A stretch of DNA of 32,000 bases from Delftia acidovorans NBRC 14950 (GCF_001598795.1 NZ_BCZP01000013.1:129083-161082), one strand, 5' to 3'. Counted from the stretch's first letter, positions 8,700-22,327 are shown. Numbers and translations: made by a program. Notes: a model not told the origin generated them from the sequence alone.

Positions 8700-9734
8700 A
8701 TGCAACAGCCCACCCACGGCACGCGGCGTGACGCCATCGCCAAAATCAAGGTAGCCACCGCATTCACGGCGCTTCCCCTGGCCTTCATGGCCCTGGGCCT
8801 GGCGGGCCAGGCCTCGGCCCAGACCCCGTCGCCGGCATTCCCCAGCAAGACCATCCGCTTCGTCGTGCCCTATCCGCCCGGCGGCCCCACCGACCTGATG
8901 GCACGCATGCTGCAGCCCGAGCTGCAGCAGCACCTGGGCGTGACCGTCATCGTGGAGAACAAGAGCGGCGCGGGCGGCAACCTGGGCAGCGCCGAGGTGG
9001 CCCGCCAGGCGCCCGCCGACGGCCACACCCTGCTGCTGGCCGCCAGCGGCCCCATGGCCGTGAATTCCTCGCTGTACAAGAGCATGCCATTCAACCCGCT
9101 CAAGGACCTGGAGCCCGTGGTGCAGCTGTCGGCCTTCCCGCTGGTGCTGGAGGTCCATCCCTCGCTGGGCGTCAAGACCGTGGCCGAGCTGCTGGCCCTG
9201 GCCAAAGCGGGCAAGACGCTGAGCTTTGCCTCGGCCGGCAATGGCACGCCCCAGCACCTGGCGGGCGAGCTGTTCAACTCCATGGAGCAGGTCAAGCTGG
9301 GCCATGTCCCCTACCGGGGTGCGGGACCGGCACTCAACGACCTGATCGGCGGCCAGGTGGGCGTGATGTTCGACATCGTAGGCAGCTCGCTGCAGCACAT
9401 CCAGGGCGGGCGCCTGATCCCGCTGGCCGTCACCTCGGCCGAGCGCACCAAGGTGCTGCCCGACGTGCCCACCATGGCCCAGGCCGGCGTGCCCGGCTAC
9501 CAGATCACGGGCTGGCATGGCATTGCCGTGCGCGCGGGCACGCCGCCCGCCGCCATCGACAAACTCAATTCCACGGTCAACGCCATCTTCAAGGACCCGG
9601 CCTTCCGCACGCGCTGGGAGGCCATCGGCACGCCGGCCGTGGGCGGCACGGCGGCCGAATTCGGTGCCTTGATCAAGAGCGACTCCCAGCGCCTGGGCGC
9701 GCTGGTGCGCAGCACCGGCGTGACGCTGGACTGA
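8700..9734 (+). CDS. Bug family tripartite tricarboxylate transporter substrate-binding protein (TctC-like), orphan
   Basis: ATG at 8700 is preceded by AGGAGA (8688-8693). It has a signal peptide with a twin-Arg-like GTRRDAI and ...GQASAQ. Bug motifs are present: FPSKTIRFVVPYPPGGPTD, NKSGAGGN, VPYRGAGPALNDLIGGQV. No TctA/TctB genes are in the window. Confidence 0.9.
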   Translation: MQQPTHGTRRDAIAKIKVATAFTALPLAFMALGLAGQASAQTPSPAFPSKTIRFVVPYPPGGPTDLMARMLQPELQQHLGVTVIVENKSGAGGNLGSAEVARQAPADGHTLLLAASGPMAVNSSLYKSMPFNPLKDLEPVVQLSAFPLVLEVHPSLGVKTVAELLALAKAGKTLSFASAGNGTPQHLAGELFNSMEQVKLGHVPYRGAGPALNDLIGGQVGVMFDIVGSSLQHIQGGRLIPLAVTSAERTKVLPDVPTMAQAGVPGYQITGWHGIAVRAGTPPAAIDKLNSTVNAIFKDPAFRTRWEAIGTPAVGGTAAEFGALIKSDSQRLGALVRSTGVTLD

Positions 9735-9743
9735 GCGCGCCCG

Positions 9744-10664
9744 TCAGTAGCCGCGCCGCAGGTCCACGCGGCCGCTCACGGCCTCGCCCCGGCTCAGCGC
9801 CGCGACCTTGCCCACGATCTGCTCCACGCTGTCGCGCGCCAGGGTGCGGGCCGAGGTGTGGGGCGTGAGCGTGATGCGCGGATGCCGCCAGAAGGCATGG
9901 CCGTCGGGCAGCGGCTCGGTGCGGAACACATCGAGCAACGCGCCGGACACATGGCCCCCGTCGATGGCGGCGATGAGGTCCTCGTCCGCCACATGGCCGC
10001 CGCGTCCCACGTTGATGACATAGGCGCCCGGCTGCAGCAGGGCCAGGCTGCGCGCGTCGATGATGCTGTCCGTCTCGGGTGTCAGCGGCAGCAGGTTGAC
10101 GAGGATGCGGGTGGCGCGCAGAAAGGCATCGAAGTCCTGCGGGCCGCAGAAGCCACGCACGCCGTCGATGGCATGCGGCGTACGGCTCCAGCCGTTGACG
10201 GGGAAATCGAACACCGTCAGCGCGCGCGCCACGCGCTCGCCCATGCGGCCCAGCCCCATGATGCCCACGGGGTAGTCGGCACGCCGGGGATTGGGCCGGT
10301 GCTGCCACAGGCCGGCGGCCATGTCGGCCTCGTAGCCGTCTAGACCGCGGAAGAAGCGGACCACCGCCTGGCAGACATATTCGGCCATCTGCACGGCCAT
10401 GCCGGCGTCCTCCAGGCGGTAGACGGGAAGGTCGGCCGGCAGGCGCAGCGGCAGCAGCGCATCGACGCCGGCGCCGATGTTGAACACGGCCTTGAGGCCC
10501 GGCTGCTCGTCGATGAAGCGCTGGGGTGGCGCCCAGACCAGGGCGTAGTCGGCCTGCGGCGCGCCCGGCGACCAGATGTCCACCTCGGCGCCCGGCAGGG
10601 CCGCGCGCAGTCCTTGCAGCCAGGCGTCGGGCCTGGTGTCTTCGCAGCAGAAAGTCACTCGCAT
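9744..10664 (-). CDS. ghrA: glyoxylate/hydroxypyruvate reductase A-like D-2-hydroxyacid dehydrogenase
   Basis: 306 aa, colinear with my recollection of E. coli GhrA: ADYALVWAPP, YRLEDAGM, INLLPLTPET, ITLTPHTSA, and the C-terminal GRVDLRRGY. Confidence 0.75.
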   Translation of the reverse strand: MRVTFCCEDTRPDAWLQGLRAALPGAEVDIWSPGAPQADYALVWAPPQRFIDEQPGLKAVFNIGAGVDALLPLRLPADLPVYRLEDAGMAVQMAEYVCQAVVRFFRGLDGYEADMAAGLWQHRPNPRRADYPVGIMGLGRMGERVARALTVFDFPVNGWSRTPHAIDGVRGFCGPQDFDAFLRATRILVNLLPLTPETDSIIDARSLALLQPGAYVINVGRGGHVADEDLIAAIDGGHVSGALLDVFRTEPLPDGHAFWRHPRITLTPHTSARTLARDSVEQIVGKVAALSRGEAVSGRVDLRRGY

Positions 10665-10734
10665 AGGGGGCCAAGCCTAACGGCCTGGCGACGCCCACGC
10701 GCGACTTTTGCGCAAAACTGTCTTGCCTGCGGCC

Positions 10735-12753
<2,019 letters not shown>

Positions 12754-12804
12754 GCGTTATCTCCAGTGTTTTCTCTGCAGCCCCGGTCATTCGGCGACCG
12801 GCGG

Positions 12805-13554
12805 CTATGGTTTTTGATTCATCGCGGGAGACCCGCCCAACAGCGAGCGCAGGCGCTGCACCACGGCCTTGAGAAAGCGCCACAGCACCCAGGTCAGCAG
12901 CCACAGGGCGATGACCACGACCAGCAGCACGGCGGCGAAGGCCAGCGGATGCGTGAGCGCCAGCCAGATCGCGCCCACCGAGGCACCGTCCTCCACCAGG
13001 CTCGCGCCCACGTTGGAAAACGGCTCCGGCGAAGTGTTGATGGCCGCGCGCGCCGTGCTCTTGGCCACCTGGCTGGACAGGGCCAGCGAGCCGCCCATCA
13101 GGGCCGCCATGGTGGCCATGGTCGCGCTGTCGGCGCCGAAGACGCCGGCCGCCAGCGCCGCGCCCGCCGGGATGCGGATCACGCTTTGCAGCAGGTCCCA
13201 GACCGAGTCCACGCCGGGGATCTTGTCGGCGAAGAACTCCACGAACAGCAGCGCGCCGCTGGCGAACAGCAGGGCCGGATGCTCCAGCACATGCAGCCCG
13301 CCCGGCAGCGCCACCCAGCCCAGCGCCCCCAGCAGCCCGGTCACGAAGACCACGGCGTAGAGCCTAAAGCCGCTGGCCCAGCCCAGTGCGGCGGCCAGCG
13401 CCAGCAGGCCGGCCATGTCCATGCCGCTGGTGGCCTGGCCCACGCGCTCGGCCACTTCGCCAGCCGCCTCGCTGACCGTGTGGTGCACGGCCGGGCCCGG
13501 GTACAGGCCCACGGACTGCAGCCACTGGACGAGGGAGTCGGTCAGGGTGCTCAT
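12805..13554 (-). CDS. DUF4126 domain-containing integral membrane protein
   Basis: 249 aa, multi-pass hydrophobic, with the DUF4126-like core FVEFFADKIPGVDSVWD. It is embedded between the hydratase and carboxylase alpha genes. Confidence 0.75.
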   Translation of the reverse strand: MSTLTDSLVQWLQSVGLYPGPAVHHTVSEAAGEVAERVGQATSGMDMAGLLALAAALGWASGFRLYAVVFVTGLLGALGWVALPGGLHVLEHPALLFASGALLFVEFFADKIPGVDSVWDLLQSVIRIPAGAALAAGVFGADSATMATMAALMGGSLALSSQVAKSTARAAINTSPEPFSNVGASLVEDGASVGAIWLALTHPLAFAAVLLVVVIALWLLTWVLWRFLKAVVQRLRSLLGGSPAMNQKP

Positions 13555-13557
13555 GGT

Positions 13558-13590
13558 GTTGGCTCGGCGTTGGCTCGGCGTTGCTCGGTG
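13558..13590. repeat. tandem 11-mer GTTGGCTCGGC x2 plus degenerate third copy (GTTGCTCGGTG)
   Basis: Read directly. The copies lie at 13558-13568, 13569-13579 and 13580-13590, starting 4 nt from the DUF4126 start codon on the upstream side. Confidence 0.8.
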
Positions 13591-13620
13591 GTCGCGCGAT
13601 GAATGGGCGGCCCGCGCGTG

Positions 13621-14406
13621 TCAGGCCAGCCAGGCCGGCTTGCGCTTTTGCAGGAAGGCTTGCACGCCCTCCTTGCCCTCGGCGCTGGCGCGGATGTCGG
13701 CAATGCCTTCGACGGTGGCGGCGATCAGTTGCTCGTTGATCTCGCGCTCGGCCACGTCGATCACCAGGCGCTTGCAGGCGCGGGCGGCGGCGGGACCGGC
13801 GCTGACCAGGTGCTTGAGCAGGCCGTCCACGGCGTTGTCCAGCTCGTCTGCCGCCACCACGCGGTGCACGAAGCCGATGCGCAGCGCCTCGGCCGCGTCG
13901 AAGCGCTCACCGGTCAGGAAGTAGCGGTGGGCGGCGCGCGCGCCCATGGCGCGGATCACGTAGGGGCTGATGGTGGCGGGGATCAGGCCGATCTTCACCT
14001 CGGACAGGCAAAAGCCCGCGCCCTCGGCGGCCACGGCCATGTCGCAGGCAGCGACCAGGCCCATGCCGCCCGCATAGACATCGCCCTGCACGCGCGCGAT
14101 GGTGGGCTGCGGGCATTCGTAGATCACGCGCAGCATTTCGGCCAGCAGGCCGGCGTCCTCGCGGTTCTCGTCGCGCGAGTAGTCGGCCATGCGGCGCATC
14201 CAGTTGAGGTTGGCGCCTGCGCAGAAGGCCGGCCCCTCGGCGGCCAGCACCACGGCGCGCACGTCGCTGCGCTTGCCCACGGAGTGGAAGGCCTGGGTGA
14301 TGTCGGCGATGACCTCGTCGCTGAAGGCGTTGCGCACTTCGGGCTGGGTCAGCGTGATGGTGGCCAGGGGGCCCTGGAATTCGAGGGTCAGTGCGGTGGT
14401 TTTCAT
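13621..14406 (-). CDS. liuC: enoyl-CoA hydratase/isomerase family protein (probable methylglutaconyl-CoA hydratase)
   Basis: Internal Met MKTTALTLEF of ORF 13621..14457, with cat at 14404-14406. Crotonase motifs are FCAGANL and GDVYAGGMGLVAACD. It sits between the MCC beta and alpha genes. Confidence 0.85.
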   Translation of the reverse strand: MKTTALTLEFQGPLATITLTQPEVRNAFSDEVIADITQAFHSVGKRSDVRAVVLAAEGPAFCAGANLNWMRRMADYSRDENREDAGLLAEMLRVIYECPQPTIARVQGDVYAGGMGLVAACDMAVAAEGAGFCLSEVKIGLIPATISPYVIRAMGARAAHRYFLTGERFDAAEALRIGFVHRVVAADELDNAVDGLLKHLVSAGPAAARACKRLVIDVAEREINEQLIAATVEGIADIRASAEGKEGVQAFLQKRKPAWLA

Positions 14407-14440
14407 GAAGTACCTCGCTGCAAGGAAAGAGGGGCCGCCG

Positions 14441-16048
14441 TCACATGCGGAACACACCGAAGCGCGTGTCCTCTATGGGAGCGTTGCGCGTGGCCGCCAG
14501 GCCCAGCGCCAGCACGCGGCGCGTGTCGGCGGGGTCGATGACGCCATCGTCCCACAGGCGCGCCGTCGCGTAATAGGGGTGGCCCTGATCCTCGTACTGC
14601 TGGCGGATGGGGGCCTTGAAGGCCTCTTCCTCCTCGGCCGTCCACTGGCCGCCCTTGGCCTCGATGCCGTCGCGCTTGACGGTGGCCAGCACGCTGGCCG
14701 CCTGCTCGCCGCCCATGACCGAGATGCGCGCGTTGGGCCACATCCACAGGAAGCGCGGCGAGTAGGCGCGGCCGCACATGCCGTAGTTGCCCGCGCCGAA
14801 GGAGCCGCCGATGATGATGGTGAACTTCGGCACGGCCGCCGTGGCCACGGCCGTGACCAGCTTGGCGCCGTGGCGGGCAATGCCTTCGTTCTCGTACTTG
14901 CGGCCCACCATGAAGCCCGTGATGTTCTGCAGGAAGACCAGCGGGATCTTGCGCTGGCAGCACAGCTCGATGAAGTGCGCGCCCTTGACGGCCGATTCGC
15001 TGAACAGGATGCCGTTGTTGGCGATGATGCCCACCTGCATGCCCTCGATGCGCGCAAAGCCGCAGACCAGGGTGGCGCCGAAGCGGGCCTTGAACTCGTC
15101 GAAGCGGCTGCCGTCCACCACGCGGGCGATGATCTCGCGCACATCGAAGGGCTTGCGCGTGTCCACGGGGATCACACCGTACAGCTCGCCGCCGTCGAAC
15201 AGCGGCGCCTCGGGGGGCAGGTCGCCGGCCGAAGGCTGCTTGGCATGGTTGAGGTTGGCCACGGACTGGCGCGCCAGCGCCAGCGCGTGGGTGTCGTTGT
15301 GGGCCAGGTGGTCGGCCACGCCCGACAGGCGCGTGTGCACGTCGCCGCCGCCCAGGTCCTCGGCGCTGACCACCTCGCCCGTGGCGGCCTTCACCAGCGG
15401 CGGGCCGCCCAGGAAGATGGTGCCCTGGTTCTTGACGATGATGGACTCGTCGCTCATGGCCGGCACATAGGCGCCGCCGGCCGTGCACGAGCCCATGACC
15501 ACGGCGATCTGGGCAATGCCCTCGGCGCTCATGTTGGCCTGGTTGAAGAAGATGCGGCCGAAGTGCTCGCGGTCGGGAAACACATCGTCCTGGTTGGGCA
15601 GGTTGGCGCCGCCCGAGTCCACCAGGTAGATGCAGGGCAGGCGGTTCTGCGCGGCGATCTCCTGGGCGCGCAGGTGCTTCTTCACCGTCATCGGGTAGTA
15701 GGTTCCGCCCTTCACCGTGGCGTCGTTGCACACGATCATGCAGTCCACGCCGCTGACGCGGCCGATGCCGGCGATCAGGCCCGCGCCGGGTGCATCGTTG
15801 CGGTACATGTTGAGCGCGGCCAGCGGGGCGATCTCCAGAAAGGGCGTGCCCGGGTCCAGCAGCATGGCCACGCGGTCGCGCGGCAGCAGCTTGCCGCGCG
15901 CCACGTGCTTGGCGCGCGCGGCCTCGCCGCCGCCCTCGGCGACCTTGGCCACCTGGGCCTGCAGGTCTTCGACCACGGCGCGCATGGCGGCGGCATTGGC
16001 CAGGAAGTCCGCCGAACGCGGATTGAGTTGGGTGCCCAGAATGCTCAT
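14441..16048 (-). CDS. liuB: methylcrotonyl-CoA carboxylase beta subunit (carboxyltransferase)
   Basis: Internal Met [15 protein letters not shown] of ORF 14441..16186, with cat at 16046-16048. 535 aa with the carboxyltransferase pattern ([33 protein letters not shown]). Confidence 0.9.
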   Translation of the reverse strand: MSILGTQLNPRSADFLANAAAMRAVVEDLQAQVAKVAEGGGEAARAKHVARGKLLPRDRVAMLLDPGTPFLEIAPLAALNMYRNDAPGAGLIAGIGRVSGVDCMIVCNDATVKGGTYYPMTVKKHLRAQEIAAQNRLPCIYLVDSGGANLPNQDDVFPDREHFGRIFFNQANMSAEGIAQIAVVMGSCTAGGAYVPAMSDESIIVKNQGTIFLGGPPLVKAATGEVVSAEDLGGGDVHTRLSGVADHLAHNDTHALALARQSVANLNHAKQPSAGDLPPEAPLFDGGELYGVIPVDTRKPFDVREIIARVVDGSRFDEFKARFGATLVCGFARIEGMQVGIIANNGILFSESAVKGAHFIELCCQRKIPLVFLQNITGFMVGRKYENEGIARHGAKLVTAVATAAVPKFTIIIGGSFGAGNYGMCGRAYSPRFLWMWPNARISVMGGEQAASVLATVKRDGIEAKGGQWTAEEEEAFKAPIRQQYEDQGHPYYATARLWDDGVIDPADTRRVLALGLAATRNAPIEDTRFGVFRM

Positions 16049-16140
16049 GTGTGGCCTCTTCTTGTGTTTGCCCGATGCGGGCGCTTGGTTTTTTCGAATG
16101 TGCTGCAAAGAACGGCGGCCCGGGCTGGGGAAAATGCCGT

Positions 16141-17874
16141 ATGCACACCGTTGAAATCGTCTTGCTCGTTTTGCTGCTGGGGGCACTGACCGGCATTGCC
16201 GCGCGCTATGTGCGCGCCATCCCGCTGCCGCTGATACAGATCGCCCTGGGAGCGCTGATCGCCTGGCCGCAAAAGGGCCTGCACATCGCCTTCGATCCCG
16301 AGCTGTTCCTGCTGCTGTTCATCCCGCCGCTGCTGTTCGCCGACGGCTGGCGCATCCCCAAGCGCGAGTTCTTTTCGCTGTACCGCCCCATCCTGCGCCT
16401 GGCGCTGGGCCTGGTGCTGTTCACGGTGGTGGGGCTGGGCTGGCTGATCCACTGGCTGGTGCCCGGCATGCCGCTGACCGTGGCCTTCGCGCTGGCCGCC
16501 GTGGTCTCGCCCACCGATGCCGTGGCCGTCTCGGCCATCACGCGCAACCTGGGCATGCCCGAGAAGACCATGCACATCCTCGAAGGCGAGTCCCTGCTCA
16601 ACGATGCCTCGGGCCTGGTGGCGCTGAAGTTCGCCATTGCCGCCACGCTGACCGGCCTGTTCTCGTGGACCGAGGTGGCCAAGGATTTCATGTGGATGGC
16701 CCTGGGCGGCCTGGGCGTGGGCACGCTGATCGGCTGGGGCTTTTCCTATGCGCGCAGCACCATCACGCGCCGCCTGGGCGACGTGGCGGCCACGCAGATG
16801 GTGCTGCTGCTGATCCTGCTGCCCTTCGCTGCCTACATCGTGGGCGAAAAGATCGGCGTGTCGGGCATCCTGTCGGCCGTGGCCGCGGGCATTGCCACCA
16901 ACTTCGCCGACCTGGAGCGCAGCAGCTACATCAGCGAGCGGCTGCAGACCGAGGGCACCTGGAGCATGGTGGAAGCCTCGTTCAACGGCGCCATCTTCCT
17001 GCTGCTGGGCCTGCAGCTGCCCTCCATCATCGGCGTGACGCTGCACGATGCGGGCAGCGAATGGTGGGTGCTGGTGGGCTATGTGGTGATCATCTCCAGC
17101 GCGCTGCTGCTGATGCGCTGGATCTGGCTGACCCTGGGCGTGCAGCGCAGCCTGGCACGCGCCCACTTCCAGGGAAAGATGGCAGAGCGCCCTTCCCACC
17201 TGCTGAACCTGGCCACCACCATGGCCGGCATACGCGGCGCCGTGACGCTGGCCGGCGCGCTGTCCGTGCCCATGCTGCTGAACAACGGCCAGCCCTTTCC
17301 GGGCCGCGAGATGCTGGTCTTCCTGGCCACCGGCACCATCTTGTTCACCCTGGTGCTGGGCAGCATCGCGCTGCCGCTGATCCTGCGCCGCATGCCCCAG
17401 CCCGGCGAATCGCCCACGGTGCGCGAGGAGCGCCTGGCGCGCGTGGCCGCCTGCCAGTCCGCCATTGGCGGGCTGACGCTGAGCGAGGAAGAGATCCAGG
17501 GCCACACGCCCGAATGGGTGGCCATGCACCAGGAGGTCATGGGCCACCTGACGCAGGAGTACCGCAACCGCGTCCAGCTGCTGGACGACGGCAGCGGCAC
17601 GGCCTCCAGCATCGAGATCCAGCGCGAGGCGCCCGAAGTCGTGCGCCAGCGCAAGCTGCGCTACCTGCTGGAGATCGAGCTGCGGCTGCGCTGCATCCAC
17701 CAGGAGCGCGACGCGCTCTACGCCGAGCGCCAGGCCCACCGCATCAACGACGAGTCGCTGCGCCGCCTGGTCAGCGAGCTGGACATGCAGGAGATCTCGC
17801 TGCGCAAGCGCCTGGTCGTGGCGCGCCGCGCTGCAGCCTCGGCCGTGGCCGCGCCCGAAGGCGGCACGCACTAG
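16141..17874 (+). CDS. Na+/H+ antiporter (CPA1 family) with long cytoplasmic C-terminal tail
   Basis: ATG at 16141 ([14 protein letters not shown]). It has about 12 hydrophobic segments, motifs SPTDAVAV and [12 protein letters not shown], and a ~170-aa charged C-terminal tail. Confidence 0.85.
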   Translation: MHTVEIVLLVLLLGALTGIAARYVRAIPLPLIQIALGALIAWPQKGLHIAFDPELFLLLFIPPLLFADGWRIPKREFFSLYRPILRLALGLVLFTVVGLGWLIHWLVPGMPLTVAFALAAVVSPTDAVAVSAITRNLGMPEKTMHILEGESLLNDASGLVALKFAIAATLTGLFSWTEVAKDFMWMALGGLGVGTLIGWGFSYARSTITRRLGDVAATQMVLLLILLPFAAYIVGEKIGVSGILSAVAAGIATNFADLERSSYISERLQTEGTWSMVEASFNGAIFLLLGLQLPSIIGVTLHDAGSEWWVLVGYVVIISSALLLMRWIWLTLGVQRSLARAHFQGKMAERPSHLLNLATTMAGIRGAVTLAGALSVPMLLNNGQPFPGREMLVFLATGTILFTLVLGSIALPLILRRMPQPGESPTVREERLARVAACQSAIGGLTLSEEEIQGHTPEWVAMHQEVMGHLTQEYRNRVQLLDDGSGTASSIEIQREAPEVVRQRKLRYLLEIELRLRCIHQERDALYAERQAHRINDESLRRLVSELDMQEISLRKRLVVARRAAASAVAAPEGGTH

Positions 17875-17918
17875 GCGGCACGCGGTGGACAGCTGGCGGC
17901 AGTGCATGAAAGCAGCCC

Positions 17919-19637
<1,719 letters not shown>

Positions 19638-19773
19638 GCGTTGTCTCCTGTGTCGTCGGCGGCGCCTGGGACGGGCAAATGCAGTGGCCTGCCCCGTCAC
19701 GGCAGCTATTGCGTGGCAGCATAAGGGCCAACCCCGAGCAGAACAGGCCACGAAGGTTGCAATAATTGCCAGC

Positions 19774-20850
19774 ATGTTCACCCCCTCGCTGGTCAAGACC
19801 CCCCTGCCCCAGGCGGCCGCCACCATGGCCTCCGCACACCCTGCAGTCACGCCCATGGCCTTTGTGCAGGCCATTATGCTGGCCTACGAACGCCGGGACA
19901 TCAGCGCCCTGTCCGCCCTGGAGAAGGCACAAATCGCGCCAGACTCCGTCAAAGAGCGCAACGAGTGCATCACGGCGCTGCAGATGGAGGCACTGTCCGA
20001 TGCCGCCATGCGCGAACTCGACGACGAGGCCCTGGGCTGGTTCTCCCGGCGCCTGCCCTGGGGCAGCTACGGCATGCTGGCACGCGCCAGCATGGGCAGC
20101 GAGCAGCTGGGCCTGGCGCTGGCGCGCTGGTGCCGCCACCATGGCCTGCTGACCGATGACATCCGGCTCACGCTGACGCAGGAAGACGGCTTGGCCACGC
20201 TGGCCATCGAGGAGCTGTCCACGCTGGGCGCCATGCGCGAGTTCTGCCTGCTGTCGGTGCTGCGCAATATCCACGGCCTGGCCAGCTGGTTCATCGATGA
20301 GCCGCTGCCGCTGCGGCGCGTCTGCTTTCCCTTCGATCCCCCGCCACATGCGGGCGTGTATGCGCTGCTGTTCCCGCCGGGCGAGGTGGAGTTTGGCGCG
20401 GCCCGGGCCTGCCTACAGTTCGACGCGCGTTTTCTGGATATGCCGCTGACGCGCGACGAGCCTGCGCTGCAGCGCATGCTGCAGCGCGCCCTGCCGCTGC
20501 AGGTGCGCCCCTACCGGCGCGAGCGCCAGCTGGTGCAGCGCGTGCGCCAGCTGCTGGCCGCCGACGCCGAATGCCTGCAGACGGCCGACACGCTGGCGCG
20601 CCAGCTGCACCTGTCCCAGCGCAGCCTGCACCGCCAGCTCAAGGAAGAAGGCGCCTCGCTGCAGGCGCTCAAGGACGAGGTGCGGCGCGAGCGTGCCGTG
20701 GCCCTGCTGCTGCGCACCAGCCGGCCCATCAAGCGCATCGCCCAGTCCTGCGGCTTTCTCAACGACAAGAGCTTCATCCGCGCCTTCCGGCTGTGGACGG
20801 GGCTGTCGCCTTCCGAATTCCGCAAGAGCGCGCGAGCCCGGCCCGAGTGA
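19774..20850 (+). CDS. AraC family transcriptional regulator (AraC-type ligand-binding domain + HTH)
   Basis: ATG at 19774 (MFTPSL); later starts at 19825 or 19855 are equally possible. The C-terminus carries an AraC HTH ([26 protein letters not shown] ... [29 protein letters not shown]). It is divergent from the acyl-CoA synthetase gene. Confidence 0.8.
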   Translation: MFTPSLVKTPLPQAAATMASAHPAVTPMAFVQAIMLAYERRDISALSALEKAQIAPDSVKERNECITALQMEALSDAAMRELDDEALGWFSRRLPWGSYGMLARASMGSEQLGLALARWCRHHGLLTDDIRLTLTQEDGLATLAIEELSTLGAMREFCLLSVLRNIHGLASWFIDEPLPLRRVCFPFDPPPHAGVYALLFPPGEVEFGAARACLQFDARFLDMPLTRDEPALQRMLQRALPLQVRPYRRERQLVQRVRQLLAADAECLQTADTLARQLHLSQRSLHRQLKEEGASLQALKDEVRRERAVALLLRTSRPIKRIAQSCGFLNDKSFIRAFRLWTGLSPSEFRKSARARPE

Positions 20851-20925
20851 GGGCCGTGCGCATCCTGGCGCGATTTGCATCCTGCGCGACAGCCGCCGTC
20901 CGCGCATCTGGCCTAGGCTTTGCGC

Positions 20926-21591
20926 ATGCACCATCTCCACCACTGCGTCAGCGCGCGCTCCTTCCGCGCGCTGTGGATGCTCGAAGAACTGCAGCTTCCC
21001 TACACGCTGCACATGCTGCCGTTTCCGCCGCGCATGCTGCAGCGCAGCTACCTGGAGCTCAACCCGCTGGGCACGGTGCCGCTGCTGCGCCACGGCGAGG
21101 CCAGGCTGACCGAGTCAGCCGCCATCTGCGAATACCTGGCCGCCCTGCACCCCGGGGCGGGCCTGTCCGTGCAGCCGCAGGAGGCGGGCTTTGCGGCCTA
21201 CCTCAACTGGCTGCACATGAGCGATGCCACGCTGACCTTCCCGCAGACCCTGGTGCTGCGCTATGCGCACTTCGAGCTGGCCGAACGGCGCCAGCCCCAG
21301 GTGGCCCAGGACTACCAGCGCTGGTTCCTCGCGCGGCTGCGCGCCGTGGAGCAGGCCGTGGAGCAGCGCGACTGGCTCACGGCAGACCGCTTCACCGCTG
21401 CAGACGTGGCCGTGGGCTATGCGCTGATGCTGTCGGCCCACCTGGAGATGGAGCCGCAATGGGGGCCTGCCACCCTGGCCTACTGGCAGCGCCTGCAGCA
21501 GCGGCCCGCCTTCCAGCGGGCGCTGCAGGCCGAGCAGCAGGCCGCGCGTGCGCAGGCCGTGGACGAGACGCCTTCGCCGCGGCTGCGCTAG
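20926..21591 (+). CDS. glutathione S-transferase family protein
   Basis: First ATG at 20926; the ORF track begins at a TTG at 20920. GST N-terminal pattern SARSFRALWMLEELQLPY ... NPLGTVPLL ... LTESAAICEYL. Confidence 0.8.
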   Translation: MHHLHHCVSARSFRALWMLEELQLPYTLHMLPFPPRMLQRSYLELNPLGTVPLLRHGEARLTESAAICEYLAALHPGAGLSVQPQEAGFAAYLNWLHMSDATLTFPQTLVLRYAHFELAERRQPQVAQDYQRWFLARLRAVEQAVEQRDWLTADRFTAADVAVGYALMLSAHLEMEPQWGPATLAYWQRLQQRPAFQRALQAEQQAARAQAVDETPSPRLR

Positions 21592-21610
21592 GGCCGGCTC
21601 AGGCCCAAGC

Positions 21611-22303
21611 TCAGGCGCTGGCGCTGGCCTGCCCGATGGCGCGCAGCATGGCCGGCAGCTCGCCCATGTCGCCGAACACGCAGCTGGCGCCGGCTTCGAG
21701 CAGTTGCTCGGCCGAGGCATGGCCCTGGTCGGCCGGGAAGTAGCCCCAGACCGTGGCGCCTGCGGCCACGCCGGCGGTGACGCCGGTCACCGTGTCCTCG
21801 ATGACCAGGCAGCGCGCCGGCTCCACGCCCAGGGCTGCGGCGGCTGCCAGGTACACATCGGGAAAGGGCTTGCTGCGCGGCAGCTCATGGCCGCTGAAGA
21901 CGCGGCCCTCGAAATACGGGGCCATGCCGACCTGGGCCAGCTGCATCTCCACCTTGGCGCGGTCCGCGCCCGAGGCGCAGGCGATGCGGCCAGCGCACAG
22001 CGCATGGGATTCGCTGACGGCGGACAGCGCGCCGTCAATGGCCACCAGCTCGGCGCGCAGCGCGGCGTTGCGGCGCTCGTAGAAGGCGGCCATCCATGCG
22101 TCGGTCAGCGGCTTGCCGGTGCGCGCCTCGATCAGCGCGGCCTGGCTGCGCACGGTCTTGCCGATGAATTCGCGCAGGCATTCCTCGGTGCTGATGGGCC
22201 AGCCCGATTCATTGAGCATGGTGCACAGCACGCGGTTGGTGATGGATTCACTGTCGACGAGCACGCCGTCACAGTCGAAGAGCACGGCCTCGAAAGCAGT
22301 CAT
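21611..22303 (-). CDS. HAD-IA family hydrolase (phosphatase/phosphomutase-like)
   Basis: 230 aa. HAD motif I is LFDCDGVLVDSE; motifs III/IV are KPFPDVYL and VIEDTVTGVTAGVAAG. Confidence 0.85.
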   Translation of the reverse strand: MTAFEAVLFDCDGVLVDSESITNRVLCTMLNESGWPISTEECLREFIGKTVRSQAALIEARTGKPLTDAWMAAFYERRNAALRAELVAIDGALSAVSESHALCAGRIACASGADRAKVEMQLAQVGMAPYFEGRVFSGHELPRSKPFPDVYLAAAAALGVEPARCLVIEDTVTGVTAGVAAGATVWGYFPADQGHASAEQLLEAGASCVFGDMGELPAMLRAIGQASASA

Positions 22304-22327
22304 GGATGGATTCTCGAAACAAACTGA

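Noticed and set aside
19700-19735. TGGCAG...GGGCC resembling a sigma-54 -24/-12 element upstream of the AraC-family gene
   Set aside because: The -12 TTGC(A/T) element is missing at the required spacing, so this is a chance match.
21591-21611. Short hairpin GGGCC-GGCTCA-GGCCC between the convergent GST and HAD genes, considered as a bidirectional terminator
   Set aside because: It has only a 5-bp stem and no flanking T/A tracts, which is too weak to assert.
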